The notes: generated by a model from the letters alone, not told the origin. Shown: positions 46,844 through 57,047, numbered from the stretch's first letter. The stretch: 64,000 nucleotides of DNA from an uncultured virus (IMG/VR IMGVR_UViG_3300034120_003123) (IMGVR_UViG_3300034120_003123), one strand, 5' to 3'. Made by a program: numbers and translations.

Positions 46844-48734
46844 AGTAAGATTGCTGGTCGCAGAGGCCGCTCTCAAATAAGAATCTACTTGGCATCTTTA
46901 TTTCTTTAGAAAAACCACCATCAGATAATGAAGTGCTAATATAAAGGTTGTCCATAGCTCTAGTAACAGCTACATAAGCAAGCCTTCTCTCCTCTTCAAT
47001 CCCTGTATGACTTTCTGCTATAGATCTACGATGAGGTATTATATTTTCCTCAAAACATGGAATAAACACATTTTTAAACTCTAATCCCTTTGCAGCGTGC
47101 ATAGTCATAATTTTTACGGAATGCATTTCATCTTCTTCTGACGCCTCTTTTGGAGTAGACATTAAAGATACAGAAGTTAAAAAATCTTCTAAAGACTGCA
47201 CGTTAGTAGAAACGCTCTTGACCAACTCTTGAATATTGTCGTGTTTATCTAATGGAACATCTCCTTTAAATGTATTTATATAATCTGAATATTTAGTAGC
47301 AGAAACTACATGATTAATCAGATCTGGGAGTGACATATTTTTAACTTCATTACTAAATAAGCTTTGTAAAAGTCTCGTTAATGAACTTTTTTGCGCTTCT
47401 TTTAACTCTGAAGTATTGTTGATATGATCTATTATATTATCAGATATTCCATTTCTTAGAGACAAAGAGCTGATAAATTGTACACACTTTCCGCCGAGTC
47501 CACGCTTAGGCTTATTCATAAATCGACAAAGACTTAAAACATCTTTGGGATTATTAATAAACTTAAGCATGGCTACAACGTCTTTAATTTCTTCTCTATC
47601 ATAGAACCTAAATCCACCAGTCATAGTGTAAGCTACATTGTGGCGCATTAAAGCCTGCTCAATACCTCTTGTTAAGTGACTAGCCCTTACAAGAATGGCA
47701 ACATCTTTAAGCTTTGTATTCATCAACTTCATTCTAGTAATAGATCTAGCTATTTTGTCAGCCTCTTCATCTCGTGTCATGTGTACACTTAATCCAATAG
47801 GACTGCCCATTTCTCTATGAGCCAAAATTTGAGCATTCAATCTATTTGGATTATTGCAAATCAAATTAGAAGCTGTATTAGCAATATTACCTGTACATCT
47901 ATAGTTTTTACTAAGTCTATAAACTTTACATCCAGTTTCTTTTATAAATTTTGATACTTGACCAGGATTGGCTCCACGCCATTGATATATACTCTGATCT
48001 GTATCTCCAACCATAAAAATATTTTGGTGTGTTGACGTAATAATTTTAGCTATTTCAAACTGAATAATATTAGTGTCTTGAACTTCATCAACCATCATAA
48101 AATTATACAAAGATTGCACTTCATTTTTAAAGTCATTATTATTATTTAACTCAGTCCAAAAATTATACATAATACCACTAAAATCTATTGCATTCACATT
48201 TATTATTGCCTGTTCATATAAATTATACAGATCGTAATAGCAAGTATTAATTTTATTAAGTTCGGACACAATTTGATCTTGCGTCAAAGCTTTTTCTCTT
48301 AAAGAATCATACAAATACTTAAACTTTTCCAACTCTTCTTTTTCAAGAGAAACATGATGATCTTCAGCCACTGATTTTAACAAAGACTCTACATCGTCTG
48401 GGTCCATAATATTGCAGTGCTTATATGACCTTTTTACATTTTTAGAATTTCTCAATATCTGCAAACAAGTTTTATGGAATGTTCCAATAGATATTCCATC
48501 CATATTAGTACCGGTATCTTTTGCAAGATTAGATATTCTTTCTTGCATTTCTCTAGCAGCTTTGTTTGTAAAAGTAACAAGTAAGATTTTACTAGGGCTT
48601 ACACCCTTGCTGACCAATGATATAGCCCTGTGAGTAATAACTCTTGTTTTTCCTGCACCTGGACATGCACTAACCAGGCATGGACCAAAGAAATGGTCCA
48701 CAGCCATTATCTGTTCTTCATTTAATTTACTCAT
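46803..48734 (-). CDS. uvrD: UvrD/PcrA superfamily 1 DNA helicase
   Basis: LNEEQ, ACPGAGKT, TFTNKAAREM, DEVQDTN, VGDTDQSIY, NYR, TMHAAKGLEF, EERRLAYVAVTRA. Confidence 0.96.
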   Translation of the reverse strand: MSKLNEEQIMAVDHFFGPCLVSACPGAGKTRVITHRAISLVSKGVSPSKILLVTFTNKAAREMQERISNLAKDTGTNMDGISIGTFHKTCLQILRNSKNVKRSYKHCNIMDPDDVESLLKSVAEDHHVSLEKEELEKFKYLYDSLREKALTQDQIVSELNKINTCYYDLYNLYEQAIINVNAIDFSGIMYNFWTELNNNNDFKNEVQSLYNFMMVDEVQDTNIIQFEIAKIITSTHQNIFMVGDTDQSIYQWRGANPGQVSKFIKETGCKVYRLSKNYRCTGNIANTASNLICNNPNRLNAQILAHREMGSPIGLSVHMTRDEEADKIARSITRMKLMNTKLKDVAILVRASHLTRGIEQALMRHNVAYTMTGGFRFYDREEIKDVVAMLKFINNPKDVLSLCRFMNKPKRGLGGKCVQFISSLSLRNGISDNIIDHINNTSELKEAQKSSLTRLLQSLFSNEVKNMSLPDLINHVVSATKYSDYINTFKGDVPLDKHDNIQELVKSVSTNVQSLEDFLTSVSLMSTPKEASEEDEMHSVKIMTMHAAKGLEFKNVFIPCFEENIIPHRRSIAESHTGIEEERRLAYVAVTRAMDNLYISTSLSDGGFSKEIKMPSRFLFESGLCDQQSYYDLVQEARNNFMV

Positions 48735-48735
48735 T

Positions 48736-49071
48736 TTATTTTTTCTTACAATTATTGCATCTTGGCTTCCCTGTAAAAGTCGCACCTTTTTTGCCACTTA
48801 TTTTTTCAGCCAATTTATTCATAAAATCTTGAGCACCTATAGTCCCTGCGTGCTCAAATACGATATTTCCATTTATATTATCGTAACACTGTGTGTGTGG
48901 TAATTTATCGACATTATATTGATCGCAAAGCTGTTGAGTTTCAGAAGAATTAGCATCTACAAAATCATAAGGAACACCAATCATTGACATTTCTTCACAA
49001 AGTTTTTTACAATACATACATTCGTTTGCACCAAAAATTCTAATTTTTAATTTGCTTGCATTGTCGCTCAT
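48736..49071 (-). CDS. Glutaredoxin/thioredoxin-like protein
   Basis: CMYC active-site motif, cis-Pro motif VDKLP, extra C-terminal CNNC. Confidence 0.8.
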   Translation of the reverse strand: MSDNASKLKIRIFGANECMYCKKLCEEMSMIGVPYDFVDANSSETQQLCDQYNVDKLPHTQCYDNINGNIVFEHAGTIGAQDFMNKLAEKISGKKGATFTGKPRCNNCKKK

Positions 49072-49074
49072 TTG

Positions 49075-49314
49075 CTACTCCTTAGGTAAAACAAAATTGC
49101 ATTTTTTGTTTTTCATCTTAATGCAAAATTCTTCCCAATCTTCTTTATTAATTTTCCCCTTAATTCCTACTGCATCTGCAAAAGACGCAGCAGGAGATGC
49201 TATATTCATAACTTCTTCATTATGAAGAAACTTTATAGTCCATAGCAACATGTCGTTGCTATCGTCGTAAGACAAATTTAAACATACTACTTCATTTGAC
49301 ATTTTATATTCCAT
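49075..49314 (-). CDS. Hypothetical protein
   Basis: 79-aa ORF in tiling position. Confidence 0.6.
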   Translation of the reverse strand: MEYKMSNEVVCLNLSYDDSNDMLLWTIKFLHNEEVMNIASPAASFADAVGIKGKINKEDWEEFCIKMKNKKCNFVLPKE

Positions 49315-49822
49315 CTAATGAGTTGTCATCAAAGTCATCTATGCTCATCTTTTGAGACTTGCTTGAAGCTTGTTTTGCAGAGCCGTTTTCTTCTGACTGC
49401 TTACTAGGAGACCTAATTTGCAAAACTTTTTCTTGATTAATTTTTACAAAATCAGGAAGTCCATCACAGTCACAAAGATCATCTAATATAGACTTTAACT
49501 TTCTTTTATTTATGACAGTTTCAACTGTACATATTTTTTCAAATTTACCTATTGATTTAAGATAATCTATCATATCAGTATCTGATGGCCATTCAAAAGT
49601 TTTCACTCCATTTCTAATAGAAATTTCTGTTCCATCATGCAGAGTAGCAAAGATAGAAGAATTTTCATTCATCATGTGAGATATTGATTCCCTAATGGCA
49701 TCTCTTTCTTTTTTGCATTCTGCCATTTTAGAGTCTATAGATTTCTTTTCATTTGACAAATTCTCTATAAGATTATCTAAATCTTTAACCTTTTGAACGC
49801 ATTCAGATATTTTATTATTCAT
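49304..49822 (-). CDS. Gp157/Gam-like coiled-coil protein
   Basis: N-terminal coiled coil, GTEISIR, INKRKLK, LP..VKI...LQIR; GAGG Shine-Dalgarno before ATG 49822. Confidence 0.5.
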   Translation of the reverse strand: MNNKISECVQKVKDLDNLIENLSNEKKSIDSKMAECKKERDAIRESISHMMNENSSIFATLHDGTEISIRNGVKTFEWPSDTDMIDYLKSIGKFEKICTVETVINKRKLKSILDDLCDCDGLPDFVKINQEKVLQIRSPSKQSEENGSAKQASSKSQKMSIDDFDDNSLDGI

Positions 49823-50141
49823 CAACAACCTCATCTGCGAATATGGTGAACATGATCGCAGTCTTTTGACCACCATCAAATTCAGCAACGTCAAAAGATG
49901 CAGTACAAACAAGGTCTAAACTCTTGTTTTTTGACATATTTCTTGCAACAATAAAAGCCTTCACTGCATTATTAACCGATGGAGCCCCAACAGCTTTAAG
50001 CTTAACTTCATCATACTTATCAAGAACTGTTAATATCGCAGAAGCAAGCTTTCTGATATATGCTTTTCCACTGGCATTATTCTGCTGAAATTCCTTATCT
50101 CCACGAATCTTTAAAACATTATCAATGTTTTGTGCACTCAT
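49815..50141 (-). CDS. spoVS: SpoVS family protein (Alba-like fold)
   Basis: LASAI...LKAVGAPSVNNAVKAFIVAR...LVC..SF...KTAI.F. Confidence 0.9.
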   Translation of the reverse strand: MSAQNIDNVLKIRGDKEFQQNNASGKAYIRKLASAILTVLDKYDEVKLKAVGAPSVNNAVKAFIVARNMSKNKSLDLVCTASFDVAEFDGGQKTAIMFTIFADEVVDE

Positions 50142-50153
50142 ACAAATCTCCTA

Positions 50154-51089
50154 TTATTCAAAGTAATCAAAACTATAAAATTTTCTCCTCAATTCATCCA
50201 AATTAGGAGAATTCCATATATTAGAGTCATGACATGTATCTCTAAATTCACAAAATTTACAATCAAAATCTGCTTTTCCTACGGGCCTTGGCGGTGGCAA
50301 AGTTTTTTTCTCAAACATACTGAGCATTAACTTAGCCTGCTTGTTTATCACGCTCCACCACTCATCATTCCTTGTAACTTTAAACATCTTAATTTCGGAA
50401 TCATCTTTTCTTTCATATATAATAATTCCCATATCTAAATTAAGAACATGTAGATAGACAGTAAGCTGAACTATATAATAAAAATGCGCACCTTTTTCCA
50501 ATTTAGACCACTGATTCTTCCCAATAGTTTTCATGTCAACAACAATTGGAGAAGATGGCATAAACTGCATCATACTAGCAAGGGATTGAAATTGACTACT
50601 ATTTTTAAACTCTTCGTCCATATTAGCAAAGTCTAAGACCTGATCGCAATGTCCATGAAAATTTAACTCTGGGTAATCAATGGTTATTTCTTCATAATGA
50701 AATTTAGTAGAATCGCATTTTTCGCATTTTGCTGGCTTAAAAATACCTATCTTTTCATCCTCTCCATGGATATGCTTGCAAAGAGGATTGGCGCATTTCC
50801 AAACACCTCTAAGTACGCCAAGTTCCTCCATGTACGTACTCCATCTAGAATGCATAGTGTGACCAGTATCCCATATTCTTATCATTCTCGGCTCAACAGA
50901 CTGTACTGGAGCCTCCATCATTCCCTCTGCAACATATTTTTGGTATTGCATTTTACGAAGGCACTTGCCAAATGCGCTTGGGTGGAATACCTTATAAGAT
51001 CTGTTACTAGGCTTACTTTGCTTGTAGAGCAAAAATTGATCAATCAATTGAGAGATCAGATACATTTGCTGACCATTGTGCTGCGTCAT
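50154..51089 (-). CDS. Cas4-like PD-(D/E)xK exonuclease with Fe-S ligands and an inserted Zn ribbon
   Basis: HPS..GKCLR, GHTMH, GHCD, VDMKT, QLTVY, CKFCEFRDTC; insert CANPLC...CEKC. Confidence 0.85.
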   Translation of the reverse strand: MTQHNGQQMYLISQLIDQFLLYKQSKPSNRSYKVFHPSAFGKCLRKMQYQKYVAEGMMEAPVQSVEPRMIRIWDTGHTMHSRWSTYMEELGVLRGVWKCANPLCKHIHGEDEKIGIFKPAKCEKCDSTKFHYEEITIDYPELNFHGHCDQVLDFANMDEEFKNSSQFQSLASMMQFMPSSPIVVDMKTIGKNQWSKLEKGAHFYYIVQLTVYLHVLNLDMGIIIYERKDDSEIKMFKVTRNDEWWSVINKQAKLMLSMFEKKTLPPPRPVGKADFDCKFCEFRDTCHDSNIWNSPNLDELRRKFYSFDYFE

Positions 51090-51798
51090 ATTTTTTCTTC
51101 ACCTTTCTTGATGCTTCTATGTGCATTTCCATGTCGTCTCTTCCTGAACTCTTTAATAATTCGTCTGGATCCTTGTGAACGCCCAGATCAACCTTAAAGA
51201 AACTCAATGTTTTATCGTACAATAATCCATTTGATGCTATTATTTTGTAACTTTCTTGATAAGCTTTTTTGCCAGCCTCATCGTTATCAAATGCAAATAC
51301 AATCTCATCTGCATATCTTATCAATAACATAATATGAAATACTGACAAATGACTGCCAAGAATTCCTACCGTATTTTTGAATCCATGAGAATGCATAGCA
51401 AGAACATCAAACTGACCCTCTACCACTATAACCTGACCAGTATCTTTAATAAAAGACTCTGCCATTTTCCAGCCATACAAATGATGTTTTTTATTAAAAG
51501 ATTCATGCCAATGCCCTCTGTTTTTAATAGAAGATCTAAAATCTCTTGTTGAAAGAGCAACGGTTTCTCCGTGACAATCCCAAATGGGAAAAATAATACG
51601 ACCACTTATTTTTCTGTCGTTTACCCTTACTGGAACATATCCTAAATAAAAATCTCTTACTGTTTCTTCACATATTTTTCTAGTTTCAAATAAATAACTT
51701 CTTGCCTCAGCAGCGTCATTGCTATTCTCATATAAAGATGCTTGAGAAAGAGCTATGATTTGCTCTCTCTCAAGCATTGAGAACTGATCTGATTCCAT
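51040..51798 (-). CDS. dnaG: DNA primase catalytic core (TOPRIM), with no Zn-binding domain
   Basis: FYLGY, GRIIFPI, LYG, VVEGQFDV, AFDNDEAG, KDPDE. Confidence 0.9.
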   Translation of the reverse strand: MESDQFSMLEREQIIALSQASLYENSNDAAEARSYLFETRKICEETVRDFYLGYVPVRVNDRKISGRIIFPIWDCHGETVALSTRDFRSSIKNRGHWHESFNKKHHLYGWKMAESFIKDTGQVIVVEGQFDVLAMHSHGFKNTVGILGSHLSVFHIMLLIRYADEIVFAFDNDEAGKKAYQESYKIIASNGLLYDKTLSFFKVDLGVHKDPDELLKSSGRDDMEMHIEASRKVKKKYDAAQWSANVSDLSID

Positions 51799-52982
51799 CA
51801 GGCTTCTGCCTCTTCAGGGACTTCTTTCTTTTTCTTAGCACTAACTGTCTGAGAATCTGAGCTTTGGCCTGCAGGCTTAGTATTTTTGATAGTCTCAATA
51901 TACTTTTCCTTATCAAACTTTACCAATTCTATTGGCAAAACAATAGACTGCTCTTCGGCCTGCTCTCTAATTTCTTCTACTAACTTTTCAAGAACATCTG
52001 CATCTTTAATGAGATCTATAAAAGCCTTTCTTCCGTCCGCCTTGATATCTCTCCATGCAAAAGTACCATTTCTAACTTTGATCACTTTTGTATTTCTGCC
52101 TGCATCAAATGCAACGTCAGAAACATCTGGAAAATATGGTTCATAATAAATTGCAACTGGGATAGATCCCTGATTTGGTTTTGCAAATCTATTTTTTTCA
52201 ATCATGACGCTAGAATATCTTCCTATCAAACGCTCTGTGCCATCTTCATTTTGCATCATGATGTTATGAGCTTTTGACTCAAGCTTAGTAACCTTCAGTA
52301 TTAAGCTAGAGGCATGTTTGAGAGCTCTTCCTCCTGGCATAGTATCTGGACTGCCAAACATTACTCCAATTTTTTCTCTTAACTGATTGATAAAAATGAC
52401 CAATACATTGTTAGAAGCAGCAAAACTCAGCATTTTTCCAAGTGTCTTACTAAGAACTCTAGCTAATTCTGCCACGGTATCTTTATCTGCGTCATTATCC
52501 ATAACACGCTCTGGAATCAAATTAGCTACGGAGTCTAGCACAATGACGTTAATCTTCTTGCTAGCACATGCGCTAATAACCATATCCATTACATTTTCTG
52601 CTGTAGAAATTTTATCTGGATCTTCAAGGTTAATGAGGTTACTATAAAAAAGCTTTTTCTTATCAACACCATTTACTTCAGCAAGCTGATCGCTAAAAGA
52701 ATGTTCTGTATCAACCCACGCGCAGTTATACCCCATACGTTGAGCAGATCCAACAACGCGATAAGCTAAGCTACTCTTTCCGCTTCCTTCATTTCCATAA
52801 AAAAGGCATAACTTACCAAGAGGAAGACCACCTGTAGTGAACTTTTCTCCATCCTCCATCAGACCTGCAGCAATAGTGTGGTCCAACTCTGCATGACCAG
52901 TTGGGATAAGGTCTTTTACCTCAACATTTGCTCCAAGCTGAAAGCCTTTCAAATTATCAATACCAACCGATGATTTCTTCAT
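51798..52982 (-). CDS. recA: RecA recombinase
   Basis: IPTG..LD, GGLPLG, YGNEGSGKS, DTEH, LDSVA, FINQLREKIGVMFGSP, PGGRALK, KNR. Confidence 0.96.
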   Translation of the reverse strand: MKKSSVGIDNLKGFQLGANVEVKDLIPTGHAELDHTIAAGLMEDGEKFTTGGLPLGKLCLFYGNEGSGKSSLAYRVVGSAQRMGYNCAWVDTEHSFSDQLAEVNGVDKKKLFYSNLINLEDPDKISTAENVMDMVISACASKKINVIVLDSVANLIPERVMDNDADKDTVAELARVLSKTLGKMLSFAASNNVLVIFINQLREKIGVMFGSPDTMPGGRALKHASSLILKVTKLESKAHNIMMQNEDGTERLIGRYSSVMIEKNRFAKPNQGSIPVAIYYEPYFPDVSDVAFDAGRNTKVIKVRNGTFAWRDIKADGRKAFIDLIKDADVLEKLVEEIREQAEEQSIVLPIELVKFDKEKYIETIKNTKPAGQSSDSQTVSAKKKKEVPEEAEA

Positions 52983-53002
52983 TATTTTTCCTTCTTAATA
53001 AA

Positions 53003-53650
53003 TTAAAAGTCAAGATCGTCAGAAAGTTGCGACTTCGAAGAAGCACCCTGCTTCTCTGGAGCCTTTTTGCCCTTTTGAGATGATGAGCCAGAATCTTCTT
53101 CAGATCCATAAACCTTAGCCTCAATCTGCTCTTGAGGAGTGGCCTTATACAAGTTCTCAAGATCATTCATAGCTCCAGACTTGATAAGAGCTTTTTCCTC
53201 ATCTGTAAATGGCGCATAGTTAATAAAGCTGACCACATACCTAGTCTTCTTCTTATCATTCCCTGGGCATTCAACTCTAATCGCAAATTCACCACCATCC
53301 TTGCTGCCAGGATCTGTGCCAGTCTCACTAGCCCATGTGGAAAACTGCTTCAGGATACTAATAGGGCCCTCAAGGACCTTAATAATGCCGTCTGCTCTGT
53401 CAATCACATTAACTGCAAAACGCTGCTTTGCCTGCTCTCCATACTTCTTTCTGATTACACAAGAATCTGGAGTATCGGTAATAGCCTGGCCAAAACCTCC
53501 CTGAGGTCTTTCAACAAAATACTTATAGAAAATGTGTGGCTTGAATACAGGCCGTATGCGATAAGACTTGCCAGCCTCAAGCTTCAGGTACTTTGCTCCA
53601 TTACCTGACTTTTCTCCCTTACCAAACGATGTCCAATCAACTAGTCCCAT
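53003..53650 (-). CDS. Single-stranded DNA-binding protein (phage gp32-like)
   Basis: YLKL..G...IR, FAVNVIDR..G..K, DP...G.F.I, acidic tail ending DDLDF; next to recA. Confidence 0.7.
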   Translation of the reverse strand: MGLVDWTSFGKGEKSGNGAKYLKLEAGKSYRIRPVFKPHIFYKYFVERPQGGFGQAITDTPDSCVIRKKYGEQAKQRFAVNVIDRADGIIKVLEGPISILKQFSTWASETGTDPGSKDGGEFAIRVECPGNDKKKTRYVVSFINYAPFTDEEKALIKSGAMNDLENLYKATPQEQIEAKVYGSEEDSGSSSQKGKKAPEKQGASSKSQLSDDLDF

Positions 53651-53670
53651 TTGTTACCTCTTTCTAAAAA

Positions 53671-54798
53671 TTAGATCTCATTCCATTCGACTGTGCCTAT
53701 CTTCTTTGAAGAAGAGGCGTTATTGTTTTTAAAAGCAGAACTTTTGCTCAACGGCAAACGATCTGCTGATTGCATTATATCGGCAAAACCATCATGTGTT
53801 GCACTGGCATTGTGAATACTTTTAGAAGCTCTTTTTTCTAAACTATCAGTATCTTTTGTAATTTGTGGCAATGAAACAGTTATTTGTCTTGATATACAAT
53901 CGAAAGCATTATCCAAATTTCTAACAATTGCATCTACATTTGCATGCAAAGATTCAAGTTGAGAGAAATATCTTATCATATCTCCCATGTGTTCCATAAC
54001 TACGCCATCCTGTTTTTCCGCTGGCTTTTCATAATGCATTCTTGCAAGAGTGCCACGGAAAAGATCTATAGCTCTTTTCCACGAATAATATTGAGCATTA
54101 ACTCTTAAACTGATTTCAACTACTCTGTCCTTCCAGTGCTGAACACCTTTTAATGCATCAAACATGGCGTGTAAATCACCAAATTCTATTGTACTTAAAT
54201 CAACTTTTGCATTCACCAGTTCATCGTGTGTATGTATAAAATTAATTTCACCACCAGGCAATAGCCAGCTTGACAAAGCATCTTTTTTCATTTCATAAAA
54301 TGATGCAAATGACAAGTCTTTTGAATTAACATTCCACTCGCTTAGTTTTATTATTACTTGCGCTTCAACTGCATTGCTCTTGACGGCGTTATCCATCTCA
54401 GGTCTATGAAGTCCTTCTCTGGTATGAAGTTTATCTCCCAGAAGTTCATCGGATTCGGCAAGAACTTTATGATCGGCTTTGCTGTTGAGGGAAGTAGTAT
54501 CTTCACTATGCGTTTGTGCTGATTGATTATTTTTTTTAATTTGAAGCTCATCGCCATCGCCTCCTGATTCTTTTTTATCTTTTTTAATTTTAGAATCCTT
54601 TATAATTTCATCTTCAGATTTAGCTATAGAATTTGTATCATTAATCAAAACATTTACTTGATCAAAAAAAGTTTTATTACTGTTTTGAGAAACAACTCCA
54701 CCAAAGGCTACATCATCTGTGCTACCACTATCATCATCAAGATGACTTCCATCTTGAGGTATTCCAAATATATCATCGAGATCGTTTTTGTCAATCAT
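53671..54798 (-). CDS. Hypothetical protein (disordered acidic N-terminus, helical core)
   Basis: 375-aa ORF; might be a recombination mediator by position only. Confidence 0.65.
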   Translation of the reverse strand: MIDKNDLDDIFGIPQDGSHLDDDSGSTDDVAFGGVVSQNSNKTFFDQVNVLINDTNSIAKSEDEIIKDSKIKKDKKESGGDGDELQIKKNNQSAQTHSEDTTSLNSKADHKVLAESDELLGDKLHTREGLHRPEMDNAVKSNAVEAQVIIKLSEWNVNSKDLSFASFYEMKKDALSSWLLPGGEINFIHTHDELVNAKVDLSTIEFGDLHAMFDALKGVQHWKDRVVEISLRVNAQYYSWKRAIDLFRGTLARMHYEKPAEKQDGVVMEHMGDMIRYFSQLESLHANVDAIVRNLDNAFDCISRQITVSLPQITKDTDSLEKRASKSIHNASATHDGFADIMQSADRLPLSKSSAFKNNNASSSKKIGTVEWNEI

Positions 54799-55091
54799 CC
54801 AAACAACTCACTTTCCTGCTCTGGAGTTAAAGACAATTTTACTTTATTATCAGCAGTGCTTGGCGACTCCATAAAAGCTTTTTTTTCTTGTAACTCAAGC
54901 TCTTCAAGAACTGCATTCTCTGTAATAACATAATCTTTAATTAGCTTATCTGTTATCTCTTTTTGTAATTTATATAAGTCTGCATCATTTTCAACAACAG
55001 AGTTACCTTGTAACTCACAAGTAATTACAATATTTTCATATTGTCCAGTATTTATTTTTCTAGATATTGATTTTCGTATTTCTATATTCAT
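54795..55091 (-). CDS. Hypothetical phage protein
   Basis: 98-aa ORF; RKINTGQYEN motif. Confidence 0.7.
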   Translation of the reverse strand: MNIEIRKSISRKINTGQYENIVITCELQGNSVVENDADLYKLQKEITDKLIKDYVITENAVLEELELQEKKAFMESPSTADNKVKLSLTPEQESELFG

Positions 55092-55094
55092 AGC

Positions 55095-57047
55095 TTATTG
55101 AAATATATCGACACCGCTCATGCCTTTTTTTCGTGTTGCTCGTATATGATCTCTAAGTTTTACAAATTTCTCTACTGGGTCTTTTGTTTTTGGGAAGAAT
55201 CCAGCGTCTTGCAATGCAGTAATAGCTTCGGTATCCACAACGCTAGTGTCAACTTTTTGAACAAAATCTTCATAACTTTTAAATGGCTGCTTTTCTTGTA
55301 TCTCTTCAGCTGCGCTCATTTTTAAACCTTTGCACAATAAAGATGGTGTAATGTAATATTTTACCCTATTTCCAACGCGATCTTCGTTCATCACAAATTT
55401 AAGCTTGCAAACATTAAGATTTTTTAACCCTATTGAAATACCCATTCTCTTAGTTTCATCAATAAGCAAATCTACACGATCCCATTTCTTTTGTAAACAT
55501 TCAACGTTTAGATAGCTCAGCATAAACTCTGATGGAAAATTAGCTTTTAAATATGCAGTTTGATAACTTAAAAGACCATAGCAATAAGAATGTGATTTAT
55601 TGAATCCATACGCTGCAAATGGCATAATAAATTCATTCCAATATCTAGAAGCCAGGGATTTATCAACTCCATTAATGCAACATCCATCAACAAAGATAGA
55701 TTTGTATTTATTTAATTGATCTTCTTTTTTCTTGCCTACAGCTTTAATAACTTGATATCCATCGCTTACGGTCATCCCAGCAAGGCTGTTACAAATCTGC
55801 ATAACCTGTTCTTGATATACAAGAATGCCATATGTGGGTTTTAAAATTTTTTCAACATATTTGACAATAGACTCATGATAATAGTCTATTTGCTCTGTCC
55901 CATTTTTTCTAGCACAATATTTTGGAATACTAGCCATTGGTCCAGGTCTAAATAGAGCTATGCCTGCGCAAATGTCTTCAAATCTGTCCACCCCCATTTG
56001 CATCATGGTCTTTTGCATACCTTTTTCTTCACATTGAAAGACACCTGTCAAATTACCGCTCCTGTAAAGCTCAAATGATTTTTCATCATCGAGCGGTAAT
56101 TTTTGAACATCAATATCAATGTTAAGACGTTCTTTTATAGTTTTTACAGTTTCAGATATTACACTCAACGTACTAAGAGCCAATATGTCAAATTTAATAA
56201 GCCCTAGATATTCAAGATCTTCATAAGCAAATTGCGTGGCATATTCCGCTCCAGAATTTTCATCAGACTTACTTGTGGCTCTTAATGGAGCGACTTGAGC
56301 CAAGGGCTCTCCAGATATCACAATTCCTGCAGCGTGAACCCCGTAACTTGAAGCCAAACCTTCTATCCTTTTTGAATGTTCAGATATCTGGGAATACTTT
56401 TTCATATATTGAGAAAAAGAATCGCAGTGAGCCATGGCGTCAGAAAGATTTTTTATAACATGATCTTCACCTTCGTCATCTCTAACCTTTAAAAATGCAC
56501 CTTTTTGCTCAGGCAAAGAATCTATGATCTCACGAACTAACATGTTGTTGTTTTTGACATAACTTTCCTTACCTAAATGAAAACTATTTGTTAGATCAAG
56601 AGCCTTAACAACTCTGGTAATATAGCTTTTCATTTTTAATGTGCCATAAGTCCCAATATTCCCGACTCTATCTCTCCCGTACTTTTCAATCAGATATTCA
56701 TATACCTCATGTCGTCTTTCATAGTCAAAATCTGCGTCAATATCAGGAAATCCAGCTCTAGCAAAAATGCGTCGAGACGGCAAGAATTCATCTTTTATGT
56801 CAGGAAGCTTTGATGTCATTTCAAAGCAATAGGCAACAAAACTATTTATGGAATTTTTAGAACCATTTTTGCCTTCCAGTTTTTTAACAAGGGCAAAGAA
56901 CTCTTCTAACACAGTATCTCCAGATAGCCCAGGAGAAAAGTTCATTGATTCTATTTCATCTATACATCTTTGTTTGCCAATACTATTCAATTGAGCATAC
57001 CTAGAAGAATTAGAAAGTTTATTTTTTATTTCTTCTAGATTAGACAA
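55095..57047 (-). CDS. dnaE: DNA polymerase III alpha, C-terminal part (palm, fingers, HhH)
   Basis: FPDIDADF, HAAGIVI, GLIKFDILAL, GVFQ, LFRPGP, TYGILVYQEQVMQ, YGFNKSH, TAYLKANFP; TTG start 7 nt after AAGGAG. Confidence 0.95.
   Translation of the reverse strand: MSNLEEIKNKLSNSSRYAQLNSIGKQRCIDEIESMNFSPGLSGDTVLEEFFALVKKLEGKNGSKNSINSFVAYCFEMTSKLPDIKDEFLPSRRIFARAGFPDIDADFDYERRHEVYEYLIEKYGRDRVGNIGTYGTLKMKSYITRVVKALDLTNSFHLGKESYVKNNNMLVREIIDSLPEQKGAFLKVRDDEGEDHVIKNLSDAMAHCDSFSQYMKKYSQISEHSKRIEGLASSYGVHAAGIVISGEPLAQVAPLRATSKSDENSGAEYATQFAYEDLEYLGLIKFDILALSTLSVISETVKTIKERLNIDIDVQKLPLDDEKSFELYRSGNLTGVFQCEEKGMQKTMMQMGVDRFEDICAGIALFRPGPMASIPKYCARKNGTEQIDYYHESIVKYVEKILKPTYGILVYQEQVMQICNSLAGMTVSDGYQVIKAVGKKKEDQLNKYKSIFVDGCCINGVDKSLASRYWNEFIMPFAAYGFNKSHSYCYGLLSYQTAYLKANFPSEFMLSYLNVECLQKKWDRVDLLIDETKRMGISIGLKNLNVCKLKFVMNEDRVGNRVKYYITPSLLCKGLKMSAAEEIQEKQPFKSYEDFVQKVDTSVVDTEAITALQDAGFFPKTKDPVEKFVKLRDHIRATRKKGMSGVDIFQ

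Noticed and set aside
50154..51089. CRISPR-Cas locus
   Set aside because: Only a solo Cas4-like gene; no cas1, cas2, effector genes or array in the window
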